Shown here: in pieces, positions 50,206 to 63,654 of the stretch
Layout of the letters: each line of letters begins with the position of its first letter
Numbering within the stretch: position 1 is the first letter of the stretch
DNA from: Lama guanicoe
Lineage: Eukaryota
Direction of reading: 5' to 3'
DNA: 64,000 nt
NCBI GenBank assembly: GCA_013239625.1
Contig: MU054323.1
Location: 9,827,186-9,891,185, forward strand
The notes under the pieces: model-generated
The model's input: the letters and a program-made list of their open reading frames with translations, nothing else
The model's database searches: none
Told to the model about the DNA's origin: nothing
Position numbers and translations under genes: made by a program

Positions 50206-51797
50206 TTACAGTCTACTTTTTTAAAAAAATTTAACAATGGATTACATGTTTCTATGTTATTAAACATCCTTCTACAGCATGCTTTCTAATGCATCATAGT
50301 ATTCCACTACATGGAAGCACCATAATTAAACTAATTCCTAATCATTAGGCATTCAATGTTTCACTGTTATGAGAAACCTTGTAATAGTCATCATTGTAGA
50401 CATATATCAGATCAAATGGACTGACATGTAGAAGAGACTTTTCAGGAAGAGTCCAGGGTTTTCTCTCTGTGTGTATGTGTGTGTGTGTTTTGTTCTTTTT
50501 TGCTTTCTTTCTTACAGCTCTCAGACATCGATCAAACATACACACACAGAGTATAATACATAGTGGAAGGTATTAAACAAATGCTTCTTCTCATGCTTTA
50601 AGTAGTTTAAACATTAATTTACATATCACATGGCTCAAGTAAACCTCATTCTGTGGAAGAATAGCTGAGATATTTTTTAAAACTAGAAAACATTCTATTC
50701 ACCCAAGCTACAGGAAAAATTTTGTTTTTAGCTACTACAAAGATGACAAGATGACAAAGATGTGACATTAAGTCATATTCTTGGACCCTCAAATTCTTCA
50801 TCTATAAGAAGAATAATGATATTAAAGTTTCTCCAAGCTCCAACAGTCTACTATTTTACTTAATGGATGCCTTTGGTAGAGACAAAAATAGATGAGTTCA
50901 AGTAAACAAAACACACTAGAACAAAAAATATATATTTAAAGGAAAATAGAGAATGAAAAAAATACATATGCTCAATATATAAGCTAAATAGGCTCTTCCC
51001 ATCCAAAATATATTGATAGAAATTGATACACATATATAGGTTCAAATATGTATGGTCAAAATCAACTGTGTACACCATAAATAATTAAGAAGAATGAACC
51101 AAAAGTTTGCACATTTGATTATAAATGTAGTAAATCACTATGTGGAAAAGTGGAGAGGTTTGTTAAAAATGCAAATTAAAATGACATTAATGTATCACTA
51201 CCTATCTTTTAAACTAGCAAAAATAAATAGAAATGACAGCAATCCAGTAATGGCTAAACTATGAAGAAACAATGTATTTAATGGCTGCATGATATTTTGC
51301 TACTCAAAAATATCACTGTTTAAGGAGTTTCCTATAGTTGGGTATTTCGGTTGTCACTGGACACATCTTAATGAAGAATCTGAGTGGTCTTCCTGTTCCT
51401 ACTCTTGTTTTCCCCACCTCCTGAGTGCTTAGGTGGTGCCTCTGTTCTCAGCTCTCCAGGGGCTCCCAGCACACTCAGTATAATCCAGTGTTCCTGATGG
51501 GACTCACCCTCTCTGGCCCCTCTCTGCTTCTGACTCCTCCTCTCAGCCTCTCTGCCAAGGCTGTTCTTCATCTATGCCAAGCATGCTTCCACCTCAGGGC
51601 CTTTACATTGTACATCCGTCTGCTAGAAATCATCCCTGGCCAACCTACCCTGAGATATTTGCTCTCACTCTCATTTTGTTCAGATTGCTGCTCATTTATC
51701 ACGTCCTCGTAGATCCTCCCTGACCACCCTCTCTAAAAAAGCATTTTTCTTTATCCTCAACCTTATATCCTCCCTCATGTTTCTCTATGGCCCCTAG

Positions 51798-51803
<6 letters not shown>

Positions 51804-51843
<40 letters not shown>
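51804..51843. repeat. (CA)n microsatellite
   Basis: Direct reading. Confidence 0.95.
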
Positions 51844-51845
<2 letters not shown>

Positions 51846-51851
51846 CATCTC

Positions 51852-51957
51852 CTAGGAAACCAACCATTCTGCTTCACCCAAGAGGTTCCTGGGCCAAGGC
51901 ACTCTCAATGTTAAAACCTAGAAAGTCCCAGGCAAACTGGGATGAACTGATCACCCT
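51852..51957. mobile_element. MER94/MER81-like hAT-Blackjack MITE
   Basis: gaaagtcccaggcaaactgggatgaactgatcaccct terminus. Confidence 0.55.
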
Positions 51958-52406
51958 CCTCTATCAGAATATAAGCTCAACAAGGAAAAGCTTTACTTTG
52001 TCCTCTGCTGTATTCCCAGCACATAACACAGTACCTGGCACAGGTTAGGTGCTCAATAGATAGTCACTGAATGAGTGAACATATGAACAGCTTCCTGTTT
52101 CAAACAGCATCAGATTTAAACTTTCCCAGCATTCCAGTTCCTCTTTGACTGCCCATCTTAATCACCCTACCCTATTTCCTACCACTCCCTGTGTGCACTC
52201 CTTTGCCCCAGGCATTCCAAGCTCACACTTTTGCATATGTCACCAGAAATAATCCCTTCACCTGAAGAGCCCTCCAGTAGCTCTTCTACCTGAGTCAATC
52301 TCTTTGATATGTTCTGTTTTATTTTTTGAGATCCAGTGCAAAGCAGAGAAGGAATGCAGGGGTCCCTATCAGAATTCCCCAGGGCACTGTTTCAAAATAT
52401 ATTTTT

Positions 52407-52748
52407 TAAAAAAGAAAAGAAAAAGAAGACACTAATGAACTTATCTACAAACAGAAACAGACTCACAGACATGGTAAACAAACTGATGGTTACCGGAAGG
52501 GGAAAGGAGGTGGGAAGGGATAAATTGGTAGTTCCAGATATGCATATACTAACCTCTATATATAAAATAGATTAAAAAAACAAATTTCTTCTGTATAGCA
52601 CAGGGAACTATATTAAATACCTTGTAATAACCTACAATGAAAAAGAACATGGAAATGAATATATGTATGTGTATGTATGACTGAAACATTATGCTGTACA
52701 CCAGAAATTGACACATTGTAACTGACTATACTTCAATTAAAAAAAAAA

Positions 52749-52749
<1 letters not shown>
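52407..52749 (+). mobile_element. Young L1 3' UTR fragment (artiodactyl/camelid-type), followed by (CA)n to 52791
   Basis: gaaacagactcacagacat...ctgtatagcacagggaactatat...gactatacttcaatt followed by poly(A). Confidence 0.88.
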
Positions 52750-52792
<43 letters not shown>

Positions 52793-53424
52793 TCCTCTAC
52801 TCCCAATGTTGAGAATTAGATAGGACTTCCTAAGAAGGGGAGAGGAAATCAAACACTGATATTTTCAGAAAGCTCCCTAGATGATTCTGACAACAAACAC
52901 ACAGACACTCTATCTGAAAGATGCTGATCTAAATCCCATGATGCTTCAGAACACAGTTCAAGTCCCTCAGCTGCACCACTTCTATTGTGGCCTAACCTGA
53001 CCTCATAGCCCTCTCCCTCTTCAGAATTCTCAAAAGTTCAGAATCTGAACCACACTTCTGAGAACTAGTCTGGCAGTCCTGGCATAAAATATGGACAAAT
53101 CAGGGTTTCATCAGTAAGACTGTTAGTCTGGCCTGGGAAGGCCTCTCAGGTGTGTGGGACAGGCATTCCCCCAGGCCCTGGCTGTAGGTGTGAATGAACC
53201 CTCCCTCCCTCTCATTCCTGAAGTCTCTGCCCTACTGAGAAATCGCCCAACTTCTGCCCACTCTTATCCTGCTGTGAGCAAACTATCCCTGCCATCAAAG
53301 CAGACTACTGCCACTGACCCAGCCCAATCCTCTATTCACTCCCCACTTCCTCTCACTACAGTGTCCCAGAGCCGGTCCCACCTAACTAGCCCCAATCTTT
53401 ATACTGCGCTGCCTGGTTGTTCCA

Positions 53425-53590
53425 GCCAGGGCTTTGGAATCAGACTGACCTGGTGACTCAAGGCAAGCCTAGGCCTTTGAGCCTTCATTCTCACAACTAT
53501 AAAAGGGAAAATACTTACCTCACAGGACTTTCAGGGGGATTAAATATGATAATATCAGTAAACACTCCCAGTACGTGGTACACTCAGGAA
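53425..53590 (+). mobile_element. MIR SINE
   Basis: gggctttggaatcagac...ctataaaaggg...acctcacagga...ggattaaatatgataat. Confidence 0.65.
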
Positions 53591-54027
53591 CCGCCTGCCA
53601 GAAGCCTTCTTTCTGACACAGGAGCAATGCTCGTCACTTGGGCACGGGGACACTGGCTCTCCCAGCCAGTCTGGATTCTGTCTTCACAGAAACATCACTA
53701 CTGGAAGTTCCCCAATGTTACCAGAGTTTGGGATTACTCAGTCCCATTCTCTGGGTGGTTTGTTCAAACCTGGACTGGAGTATGAAGGGCCTCTTCTTAG
53801 CAACTAGAAAGTCAGTCTTTGAGCTGGTGGCACTGTTAAACTACGTTAGGGCAAAAGAGAAAACTGCCGTGCTGATCATTGACCAGACTACCCTGGAAGA
53901 CCACAAGATGAAAAACAGGCTAAAGATGGAGGTGGGGGTGCGGGGTTTTAGGGATTCCTGTGCAGGAAAGAGAGGTGGATGAAAAAAATAGATTCTCGCA
54001 CAGCGTAACTTTCAAGTAAAAATCAGA

Positions 54028-54157
54028 GAAGGAGGGGAGGGAGGTGGAAGGGGAGGGAGAGAGGGACAGAGGGATAGAGAGACAGAGGGAGAGAGAGAGG
54101 CAGGGAGGGAGGGACAGACGGAAAGGAGGAGAGAGAGGGAGAGAGGAAAGAGAGATA
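54028..54157 (+). repeat. GA-rich low-complexity tract
   Basis: Direct reading. Confidence 0.85.
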
Positions 54158-56005
54158 GGTCTGGGCTAAGAATCATAAATTCCAGACTCAAGTCCTAGTT
54201 TTGCTACTAACTCAATGCAATTTAACATTCCTAGATCTCAACTTCCTCAACCACAAATCTAGTGAAATCAAAAGCAATTGTATCTTTTTTAAAAAGTTCC
54301 CAGCACATACAGATTCACTCCCTTTTTGTCCTTCTGCCCTTGTATTTCCTATCCTTTGGATTGTAACCAATCCCCTCCTGGCAGCCAAACCCCCAGACAC
54401 CGCGAACTGTCCTCAGCCCACCACTCTCCGGGATGAGAGATATCAGTGCTTCCTTTACTCTCCACACCACCAGTCTAGCCTTTGTTTCACATCCGGGGCC
54501 CAGGTCTGCCTGTAAATTAGAACTAGAATTGCTTCATGCCTATTGCTCAGGGTAGTAGAAAACATGATAGATGTGTTCCGCCATGCCAAATTAGAATCCT
54601 CAATGGCTTTTCCCACCAACTTTGTTACACGTAATTGGTGGTTAGAGTCCATATTACCATGGATACTCTTCTACAGTTACATTAAGGATTAAATTGATTT
54701 TGCAGACAGATCTGGGAATTTAACCATCACTTGTACCACAGTCTCTGTGGGAAAATATATTCTGTGTTCCAAACAATTGACCTTTGGAGTTGATCCAGTT
54801 CCTAAGTTGGGGACAGCCTGTCCCATATTATGTTACATTTTGGGTTTCACTTGTGTGTCTTAGAATCAGAGATTTGTTAGAGCTAGAAGAAACTTTGGAG
54901 ATCATTTATTAATGGACAAATTTTGTAGGGAATGAAGCCAAGGTTCAGAAAGACAGAGTTGTCTACGGTTATTCAGCTACTTTGGCCTCCCATCTCCAAG
55001 CCAATGCTTTTCCCACTATCCAAATCATTTTGTGGTCATTTTCCCAAATAACCATTAAACCACTTGAAAGTTGGGAAGATCATGTCTTCTTTAGCACAAA
55101 ATCAAGCATACTAAATATTTCAAAAATACTGAATCAGTTCATTATTCACTTTGCTTTAGAGGTCTATCTGCTGTAAAATGTCTTCAAATAACAAGCAATA
55201 TTAGGGCATTTCAATTAAGAATTTATCTGTAGTAGGCTGGATGTGGTTTAAATATAGATTTGAATAATTCAAAAATATTCTATTTAATCAGTGTTTCCTT
55301 CATAAAGGATCTATTGGTGTTGGATGTCACTCTCACAAATATTTTTCGCAGCTCACAGACACATCTGGTTTTAGTTTTAGAAGATACATGCCATTAATTT
55401 TAACATTGTCTTAGGGGAGAACCTCTCATTTTATAACTACATTAGAAAACTTAATAACGCTTTGTTTTATTTACCAAAACCAACTGAAACAGAGACTTAT
55501 GAAACCATTCAGAGGTAAACCTTCTCCAGTTGAAAAGGTAACATACATAATCTGGATATACTACATGAGGAGAGCCACCATTATTAGAAACAAGGTATTT
55601 AAATAGTTTTATTTGAAACAAACTTTCCCATTTGATGTTCTTTTCTTCACCAACAAACATATTTAGTTATTTCTTGACTATCTTTGAATGGGCAGGATGG
55701 AAGAGCATTGAAAGAGAAACAATCCATATATGTAGATGATACTGTTTTATTGTAACAAACTGGGAGCGACTTAATTAGATAGCTGGCCCTGTCATCTAAC
55801 TGCAAGAAAAAGAAAGAAGAGCCACAGATCAACTCTTCAAAAATTAGTCATCCTTTGTGATAACTGCCCACTCAACTTTAATTGCCTTATAGTTAACAGT
55901 TCTATACAGCCAGTTAACTTCTTCAATCACTAGGCATTTATTTTGTGATCATTTTATCTGAAGGACATACTAAAGAGTTACCTTAAGAGACAATGCTCCA
56001 CTGAG

Positions 56006-56032
56006 CGCGTGCGTGCGTGCGTGCATGTGTGC

Positions 56033-56070
<38 letters not shown>
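56006..56070. repeat. (GCGT)n-(GT)n alternating purine-pyrimidine microsatellite
   Basis: Direct reading. Confidence 0.95.
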
Positions 56071-56071
<1 letters not shown>

Positions 56072-56977
56072 GGGGGAGTTAGAAGTGGGGGAGGGAGAAG
56101 TTATTGGTCAAGAGCAGGGAAAGACGCACTTAGTTATACCTGGCTTTTTAATTTGGGGAGCTAAAATGACTGAGGACACACCTTATGACTTAGCTGATAA
56201 CTTTGGTGCTTGGTAATTCCCCATATGTGTACTGAAATGAAACCAAAACCAAATATTAAGAGAAAATCTTGGCCCTGCCTGGATGTATACCTAGGCCTGG
56301 CTCTGCATTGACAGAGGTGGCCTCCTACTGATGCATGTGTCCTTTTCTGGTTTCTCAATATCCTTGAATTAGGCTGACACAAAAGCTAATGACATTGGAT
56401 ATACAGAATGGTTGCCCTCAAGGTGTAATAGTAAAATTTAGAACTTACTGTCATTCAAGGCTTATTAAAGACTTGATTAAGAGGAATCATGTTCATGAAA
56501 GGACGGCCTGATGAATGTCAATTCATTCATTTATTACCTACCCTGGATTAGTCAGGGCAGCAAACAGCTGTATATCACTACTACAACCTCCACGTTTTGC
56601 TACTTAACCCTATTCACTTTCACAACATATTGGCCATTGGCCAAAATTGAGAGGCATATAAAATATCCCTATGAAAGTCTGTGCTGTGTTTACTAAAAGG
56701 AATCATGACGCTGCTGTTCACTGTGTTCCAAAGTGCCTTCTCTAAGGACAATCCATAGGGACATGTCTCTCGTCTCAGAATAGTGATGGTTGGGCTCCTC
56801 TGAGCACTAGTCTGTCCCAGGCACTTCCCGTTAGTAAGTATGAATAAGATCATGATTTTATTAAAACACTAAATCATGATTCCCCAAGTCCCTTATAATC
56901 AGGAAGTCTAGTTTCCCCCCACAGACATTTCTGGAATTACCCAAGGACATTAACATACATGTTATATCTCCATAAAC

Positions 56978-57385
56978 CCAGTGGCGTGCTGGTAAATGTT
57001 TAACAACCAGCTTTCTGGTAGAAAAGCCATAGATTTGTAGAATGTGCTAATTTCCTTGGTGTCAATACTCCTACCATGGCCAATATGATAGTACTGAACT
57101 TGAAACTGGAAAGAGATGCATAGTAACATTTCATTATACAGTATTTCCACTATACAGATATATGTTAACAATCTCTTGACTATCGTAATAGTAAAATGTA
57201 GCAATATAAATAGAATGTGATGAGTCTTGAGCAATTGTTACCTTTCTTTCTGTTATAATTTATTTATTTGTAAGTCTGTATAATTCAGTTTTTAAAGTGT
57301 CTCTCTTTAACAACAGGCTTGCAAAATTCTTGAAAGTTTAACAATCTGCTGTACTGAGCCAGTGTAAGCTCGCTCCCTCATATCA
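56978..57385. mobile_element. MER63B-like hAT-Blackjack DNA transposon
   Basis: ccagtggcgtgctggtaaatgtttaacaacc...atactcctaccatggcc...gaaagagatgc...gagccagtgtaagctcgctcc. Confidence 0.78.
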
Positions 57386-58058
57386 CATCTAAAGTCCCAC
57401 TGGGTTGGGAGTCCCAGCTAGTAGTTTGCCCTGTAGTACTGTTAGATGCATAATACTGCTCTAACCAGGAGCAGGACCTTAGCCTGATCCTTCCTGAGTC
57501 CTGCCACATGTCCAGAAAGAGTGGGAGGCAACTTTCTACATGCAATCAGAACTATTGCCTGCCAGTCTCCTGCTCTAGAGTCTGCTGGTTTCTAAGCTCG
57601 GGTGCTCGACAAAGCTGCTGCCCACCACGTTTTTGTAGTGGTCCAACCAACATCTCCCATACCTCCAGCAGCCTTCTTGTGTCTTTGCTTCTAAGCTGCT
57701 GGCTTCCCTAATTGATGACCCCCACCCTGCCCACAGGCCATTGCTCACACTCAGGCCAACGGCTTCCTCAGTGTCAGTACCTGCCAAGTGAGGCTTCTCC
57801 CTCTTTGGCACGCACCTACCCTTGAACCTCTTGGAGGCTCCAACTGCCTCTTGTTGTTGCCACCTGCAGCATTGTCTCCTCCAGCCTCCAGATCTCCACC
57901 TCTTACCTCTTCCTCTGTCCTCAAATCTCTTATTCACATTTTAAAGTCCAAATAAACTTTGAAAACTGAGTTTCACATAAATGTGGCACCAAAAGAAATC
58001 ACTTAAAGTAGGATGAGATGGAAATGAAGTGTGATCCCAATTTTATAAAATAGGTATA

Positions 58059-58493
58059 CAGCTATCCCGTCTTTAGAAAGTTCATTTTATGCAACATTGC
58101 AAAGGTCACAGAAGATCTACGTATCTTTTTTCACTCACTGAATGAAATTCAAAGAGGATTTTCATTTTTATGAAAAAAAAGTGAAAAGTAAAAATAGCAC
58201 TTAGAATCAGTTTTGCAGAGAGTGGTTGTTAAAGAGGCAGTGTGCACTCACTCCAAGCAGTGAGAATGGCACCGCCAAGCTTGTTCCCTGGGAACTAAAC
58301 TATACTCAACATCTCAGTATCAAGCCACCTTAACTCTGAACTGTATCTGTAAGCATCTGTGCTTTAACTCAGTTTTTGTGCGTCTGTTAGCAAGATGCAT
58401 CCTAGGGTAATTGCTTCTTTGCTTTATGTCATTTCAGCTTATGAAAGGTTTCATAGGAACGCTCTACTCTCAGATAGCAGGGGACATCCACTA
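58059..58493. mobile_element. MER82-like TcMar-Tigger element
   Basis: ta|cagctatcccg...ggcaccgccaagct...gaaaggtttcataggaacgctctactctcagatagcagggg...|ta, with TA flanks. Confidence 0.72.
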
Positions 58494-60067
58494 TATATGT
58501 ATTATAAATAAAGACATCAAATATGCTTTTATTATAATATTACATATTATATATAAATATATAAATTACATACAAATATATATTCAAAAATTAGACAGGA
58601 AAGCAGTTAATCTATGGCTGGTGGAATTATAGGTGATTTTCTAATTTTTTCTTTGTTTTCCAATGTTCCTTCAATAAATACATTTCCTTCTGAAAAAGAA
58701 GGGGGGGGGCTACCTTAATGGCAACTCTGACCTGAACTGATAAGAGACAAAATGTAATCTTTATTTACCTTACATGACATGGATATTCATCTGATTTTCT
58801 CTTATAAAATTAATATTTCAGTTAGTAGTGAGCTGCCCCAGAAGTTGCTAGGGTGTTAAACAATATATAGTACATGCACTAGTCAAACTTCAAAATCTGA
58901 AGAAGTCTGAATCAGAATTCTTATATAAATTTTTGGAGGGAGATCCCACAGAAGTGTTGGCTAGGCCACCAGAGATACAGCTCTTTATTTTTCTGATAGC
59001 CTGTTCTTTCCCAGGAGTCTAAGGCACTAGAAAACCCGGTGGGGGTGGTGGTGAAGGGGCATCTTCACCTGCAGGCCGCAGCAGGCAGTACTCAGAACCA
59101 TTCTCTAAGTCCTCTGACTCCCAGAACTCTGCTAAAACTGGCCTCATCCTACCCTACTCCATTTGTGGTGATTTTCTCTCAGATGCTCACGTTCTCTCCG
59201 TGAAATCCACTTTCCTTTGGGTGTCCCTTGTCCATTAAATATGTCTGCATGTGTTTGAACCCTAATTGTGGACAGGGTTCAAAGTCCTTTTTCATAGGAT
59301 TCACGGACCCCATGAAAGTTGGAGGATAAACAGACACTTGTTTAAGTGTTCTCAAGCATTCTGTTACTATTTAAGAGGCTCATGGAAGAGATTTGGGAAA
59401 GTGGCATCCAACTCCAGTAGCTGGTCTATTCAAGTCCCAGTTCCAGCTCAGCCAGAACACCTACTCCACCTGCTACTGATTGGTTGTAGTTTTCCTTGGT
59501 TGCTAGAAAGTTTAGAATCATATTTGTGACCTATCCCTAGCGAACCAATAGGACCTTATACCATGCATTTTGCACATAAAACTGTTGGCTTTATCTTATC
59601 TTTTCCCACTCTCAGTTTTCTTTCATCCTATTTCGCTCTGCACTTATTTTTAATTTATCCTACCGTACGTATTTACGCAGTCTACCTTAAATCCCTTTTT
59701 CTGGAATAAAGCAAGGTGTAAATAAATGTCCTTTAACAAGAGTTTGATGCGGATCCATTTCTTCACCGCTAAAGGCCCCAAGATGAACTGGCAGCAGTAA
59801 GAGTCTGTGAAAACTACTCCAGACAGGACCACCATTATAAACCTGTCACCTGTTCTATGTTCACCATCAATGCACAAACTAAATCCTGAAATGGAGAGAA
59901 AGCTAGGGGGAAAAGGCATGAGGAAATCCTATCTTTGTAAGTCATCTGAACTATGATAAAGCACTTGATTGGACAATGCTTTTTCCCCCCAAAACCTATG
60001 GTTTCTATTTTTGAAGTCCATGACATAGCACACACATATTTAAGCATCTCAACTCACATACACTGAA

Positions 60068-60335
60068 AGGGAGTATATCACAACTGTTAAGAGTAGACTC
60101 TGGCATAGATGCTTAGATTTGAATCCCAGATCCTCCTCTTACTTGTGTGATTTGGGCTAGGTATTTAACCATTCTGTGCCTCAATAAATTCCATCTACAA
60201 AGTAGAGATAATAATAGTACCTACCTCATAGGGCTGGTGTGAGGATTAAATGAAATAGCACATGTTCTATAACATTCAAAACAGTGCCAGAGCACAAACA
60301 GGGATCACACAAATGTTAACTATTATTAGTGATAT
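60068..60335 (+). mobile_element. MIR SINE, near full length
   Basis: gttaagagtagactctgg...tttgaatcccag...ctgtgcctca...ataatagtacctacctcatagggctggtgtgaggattaaatga...aaatgttaactattatt. Confidence 0.9.
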
Positions 60336-61094
60336 GTGAATGTGAGAAGTGCTGCTGCCTTGAGTTTGAGGCAGCATCTTGTTTTGAGTTTCTGGACAAA
60401 CACCTGAAGAATGAGTGAAGACTTTTGGTCTGACCACCTCTGAGAACAGACCAAAAACTCTGGCTTACCTAGATCCTTTGCATGGCTACTCTTCCGCTTG
60501 CCTTTCTAGAAGTAGAATTATATAGTGGAAAGAAGAGGTGGGCCACCAACCTTCCTGAGTCTCCGGGTTTCTTTGTCCCTCTCTTCCACGCACCAGAGCT
60601 GAAAGCACAAAGGTTAAAGTGGGTTTACCCTGTAAGAGCTCACAGTCGAGTGCAGGAAATACACGCATAAACAATTACAAGGTAGGATGGTTAAGCAATA
60701 TAATGAAGTTTTTTTTTTTTTGGTCGTTAAAGCACTGTGGAAAAACAGTATCCACAGAATGGAAAGAGATGCAAGGTATGTGAAAGCGCTCTATAGAAGG
60801 AAGAGTAATAACCATGTGAAATATTATTATTACGGACCCTTCCAGGGCCCACTTGAATTTAATTTCATCCAGGGACACTTAGGCAACTAACCTTGTGGAA
60901 CCTTAGGGTATAAATCCCTTTACTTGCAATGTCAAGTTTTCCAGCAGAGTAACCCCTTGTTGCTTCCCAAACGCGCAAACCCAGTTTCAAACATGGGTAA
61001 TGCAGTCCACCTTTCCCGCTTAACAGAAACGAGGAATTGCTAGCAAAACCAGGGATTGAAACCAAGAAAAGAAAAGTGAGGTGGGAGGAGAACA

Positions 61095-62120
61095 ACTACG
61101 GCTGCAGAGAGCCCGGGACCAAGCAGCTGGAAGCGGGAAGGTCAGCGCTGCCTACGCGCGCTCTGCGTAAGGGAGCTTCCCCAGCTCAGTAAACCCCGGG
61201 AGCCTCGGGGGCGCCTGCGCAGCTGCGGCGATTCGGCGCAGTGGAAGTGGCGAGGGAGAGCGACGCACCTGCGCGAAGGCGGCGGCGGGAGAACTGAGTC
61301 CAGTGCGATTGCGCTGGGGCCGGGGGAAGAGGGGGGGACCGCGAAGGAGTGCGCCGTGCGCCTGCGCGGAGGGCTGCGTGGCGCGGTGGCGGGGAAGGGC
61401 GGTGTGGAGTGAGTGGCGCTGCGGGTGGGGCCGTCGGCGGCGCTGGTGAGCTTTGCGGAGTTGGGCGGTGCCGAGGAGGAGGAGGTGGCGGCTGTGTCTG
61501 ACGCGGCCCGGTTCGTGGGGGCTCCGCTCGTTTATTTATTTATTTATGTTGGGTGCCTCCGAGTGTGTGCGCGCTCCACTACTTGGTGGGGAGGGAGGAA
61601 CCGGGGTCGAAACGCCGCGTGACTTGTAGGTGAGGGAACGCCGAGCGGTCGCCGCAGCCTCCGCCGCCGAGAAGCCCTTGTTCCCGCTGCCGGGAAGGAG
61701 CGTCTGGTGCCGACAAGATGGCGGACGGGGAGCTGAACGTGGACAGTCTCATCACCCGACTGCTGGAGGGTGAGTCGGGGCCCGGCCGGCCTCGGGGAGG
61801 GGTCGCGTCCCTCTGCCCTCTCTTCCCTTCCGCCGCCGGAGTCCTAGGGGACCCCCTTTCCCGCCCCGAGGCGCCTGCCGAGGAGTGGGCGAAGAAACTG
61901 GTGGGCCTGGGGGAGCGGCCTCAGGGAACACGGCCGGGCGAGGCAGGACGAGAGGGGCTGTCCTCGCGGGCGGGCAGTGTCCCCGCGGACCTTCAGGGAC
62001 CCGCACGGCGGCGCGCGGGCCCGGGGGTTGCGAGGAGCCCCGGGGTGCTGGGTGACCCTTCCCAAGGAAGGTGCCAAGATGCGTGCTCCTGTGCATTGTA
62101 CGCCGGTGGAACGTGTATTT
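61095..62120. promoter_or_regulatory. PPP1CB: CpG island / PPP1CB promoter, 5' UTR and start of intron 1
   Basis: Sharp rise in GC and CpG density. NRF1-type GCGCCTGCGC occurs at 61211-61220 and 61358-61367. A YY1-type CAAGATGGCGG overlaps the ATG (61714-61724). No obvious TATA box. Confidence 0.9.
61718..61769 (+). CDS. PPP1CB: Protein phosphatase 1 catalytic subunit beta, first coding exon (MADGELNVDSLITRLLE + 1 nt, phase-1 intron)
   Basis: The translation matches the known PP1-beta N-terminus. The ATG is in a strong context (aagATGg). A canonical donor GAGG|GTGAGT follows at 61770-61775. The exon lies in a CpG island. Confidence 0.97.
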
Positions 62121-63610
62121 CTCCTCTGTTCTCTTTGTGCCTTGCCCTTGGCTGCCTTCAGTTCTTGTTCCGGGAGGGAATTTTATTAAAAATTTTCTCC
62201 TTGAGACGATTCTTTGATCTCTTCAGCAATTTTACATGATGCTACAGGACGAACTTTATTTAAGGAGAAGATAACATTAGCGGGAGTTGAGTACCTCCCA
62301 TTTGTTATTTAGCTTTAAAGAATAGTAAAACAAAAGTCTTTGATCGAGCTGAAATGCACACAAGAAATATGAAATATATAGACATGTTTGCTGAAGGTAT
62401 TGATTATCAGATTTGAGAATTTTAACAGGTTTGAGCAGTTTTCGGAACAAACTTAGAAATGGTATATTGTAAAGCTATTCTTGTATGTAAGAGACATTTA
62501 CAAGTCTTTGCAGCTTTTGAAGTTTTTGGGCCCTTCTGTTTTTAATTGGATAGTTTTGTTAGGGACGGGGATTGAGGGAAAGCGAAGAGATGGAGAGGCC
62601 GGGATATTATTCAAAGTCAGCCGCGGTCTTCTTCCAGTGAATCTCTTTACGCAAAAATTTGCGTCGTCACTAACTGCTTTTTGTGAGTGTATAGGAAAGA
62701 AATTAAGCCATTTTTCAAAATCTTAGAGTCCTCTGTCAGAAACTGTCGAAGGATTGCATATGTATTGTTACTTATTTTCAAATTTCCTGAAGATAATTGC
62801 TGCAGTGAAGCAGTATGTACTTAACGTTTGGAAAAATAATCACAGAAGATTGTATGATTGGGGGGCGGCGGGAAAGGCGCTAGTTCCTTTTTTAAACCAG
62901 TGTGTCGGTGTCTCATCAGTTCTGTGTGTACTAGTTGTGTAACAAACTACAGTGTTTTTGCTCCAGATGTTAAAGCCTTCCTTCAGTGTTAAGACTGAAT
63001 ACGAAGCAAAGTTTTACCAAGAACTCTTATTTGCCTTTTCTTTTACTATCAAGTTATTCCTGGGAGGCCCCCTGGTGCCTGTAGTCTGTGTTCACTATTT
63101 AAAGACTGGATTTTAACGGATGTGAACATCTTGCTAGTGAGACATTTGCTTTGGAAAAAAAATTTTTTTTTGTAATTATGCGTTGTTCTAAGAGGGAAAT
63201 ATAGCTGCTTTAAAATTTCAATGTCTTGTTGACTTTGGGGGATACTTATGACCACCACTAATTTTTATACATTTTAAACTTGGCTTGTAAATTTAAGTAT
63301 GTAAAAATCTGATGCTGTATCTCAGCTTCTTCGATTTGTTTTCCGTATATTTACCTATTTATATACTTTATAGGCATAAAACAGTAGAGGTATGTGTTTT
63401 AAAATGTTTGATATGGGACCTTTAAAGTCAGATATATCTTTTTATGATTATAGATAATTAAGAGACTGCACTGGTGGATTGTTTGAGGTTATTGGGGAAA
63501 AGATGCCAGGGGGAAAATAGGCAGTGATTCTATTTGTTTCTGTGAATTCAAATTACATAAGGGCTCTGTTCTGGTTTGGTTGATCTTTTTCTTTCATTTT
63601 CTTTTCTTCT

Positions 63611-63654
<44 letters not shown>

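Larger units (their letters stand above)
51530..52085 (+). mobile_element. L2 3' remnant interrupted by (CA)n and a MER94-like element
   Basis: ccacctcagggcctttacattg...cctccctgaccaccct; 3' end cctggcacaggttaggtgctcaatagatag...tgaatgagtgaa. Confidence 0.75.

Noticed and set aside
58820..59275. Possible LTR remnant ending ...attaaa...ggaca
   Set aside because: No family recognised and no TSD found. It needs a Dfam search.
61718..62239. 173-aa ORF from the PPP1CB ATG
   Set aside because: Only the first 17 codons are PP1-beta. The rest is read-through past the GTGAGT donor into GC-rich intron.
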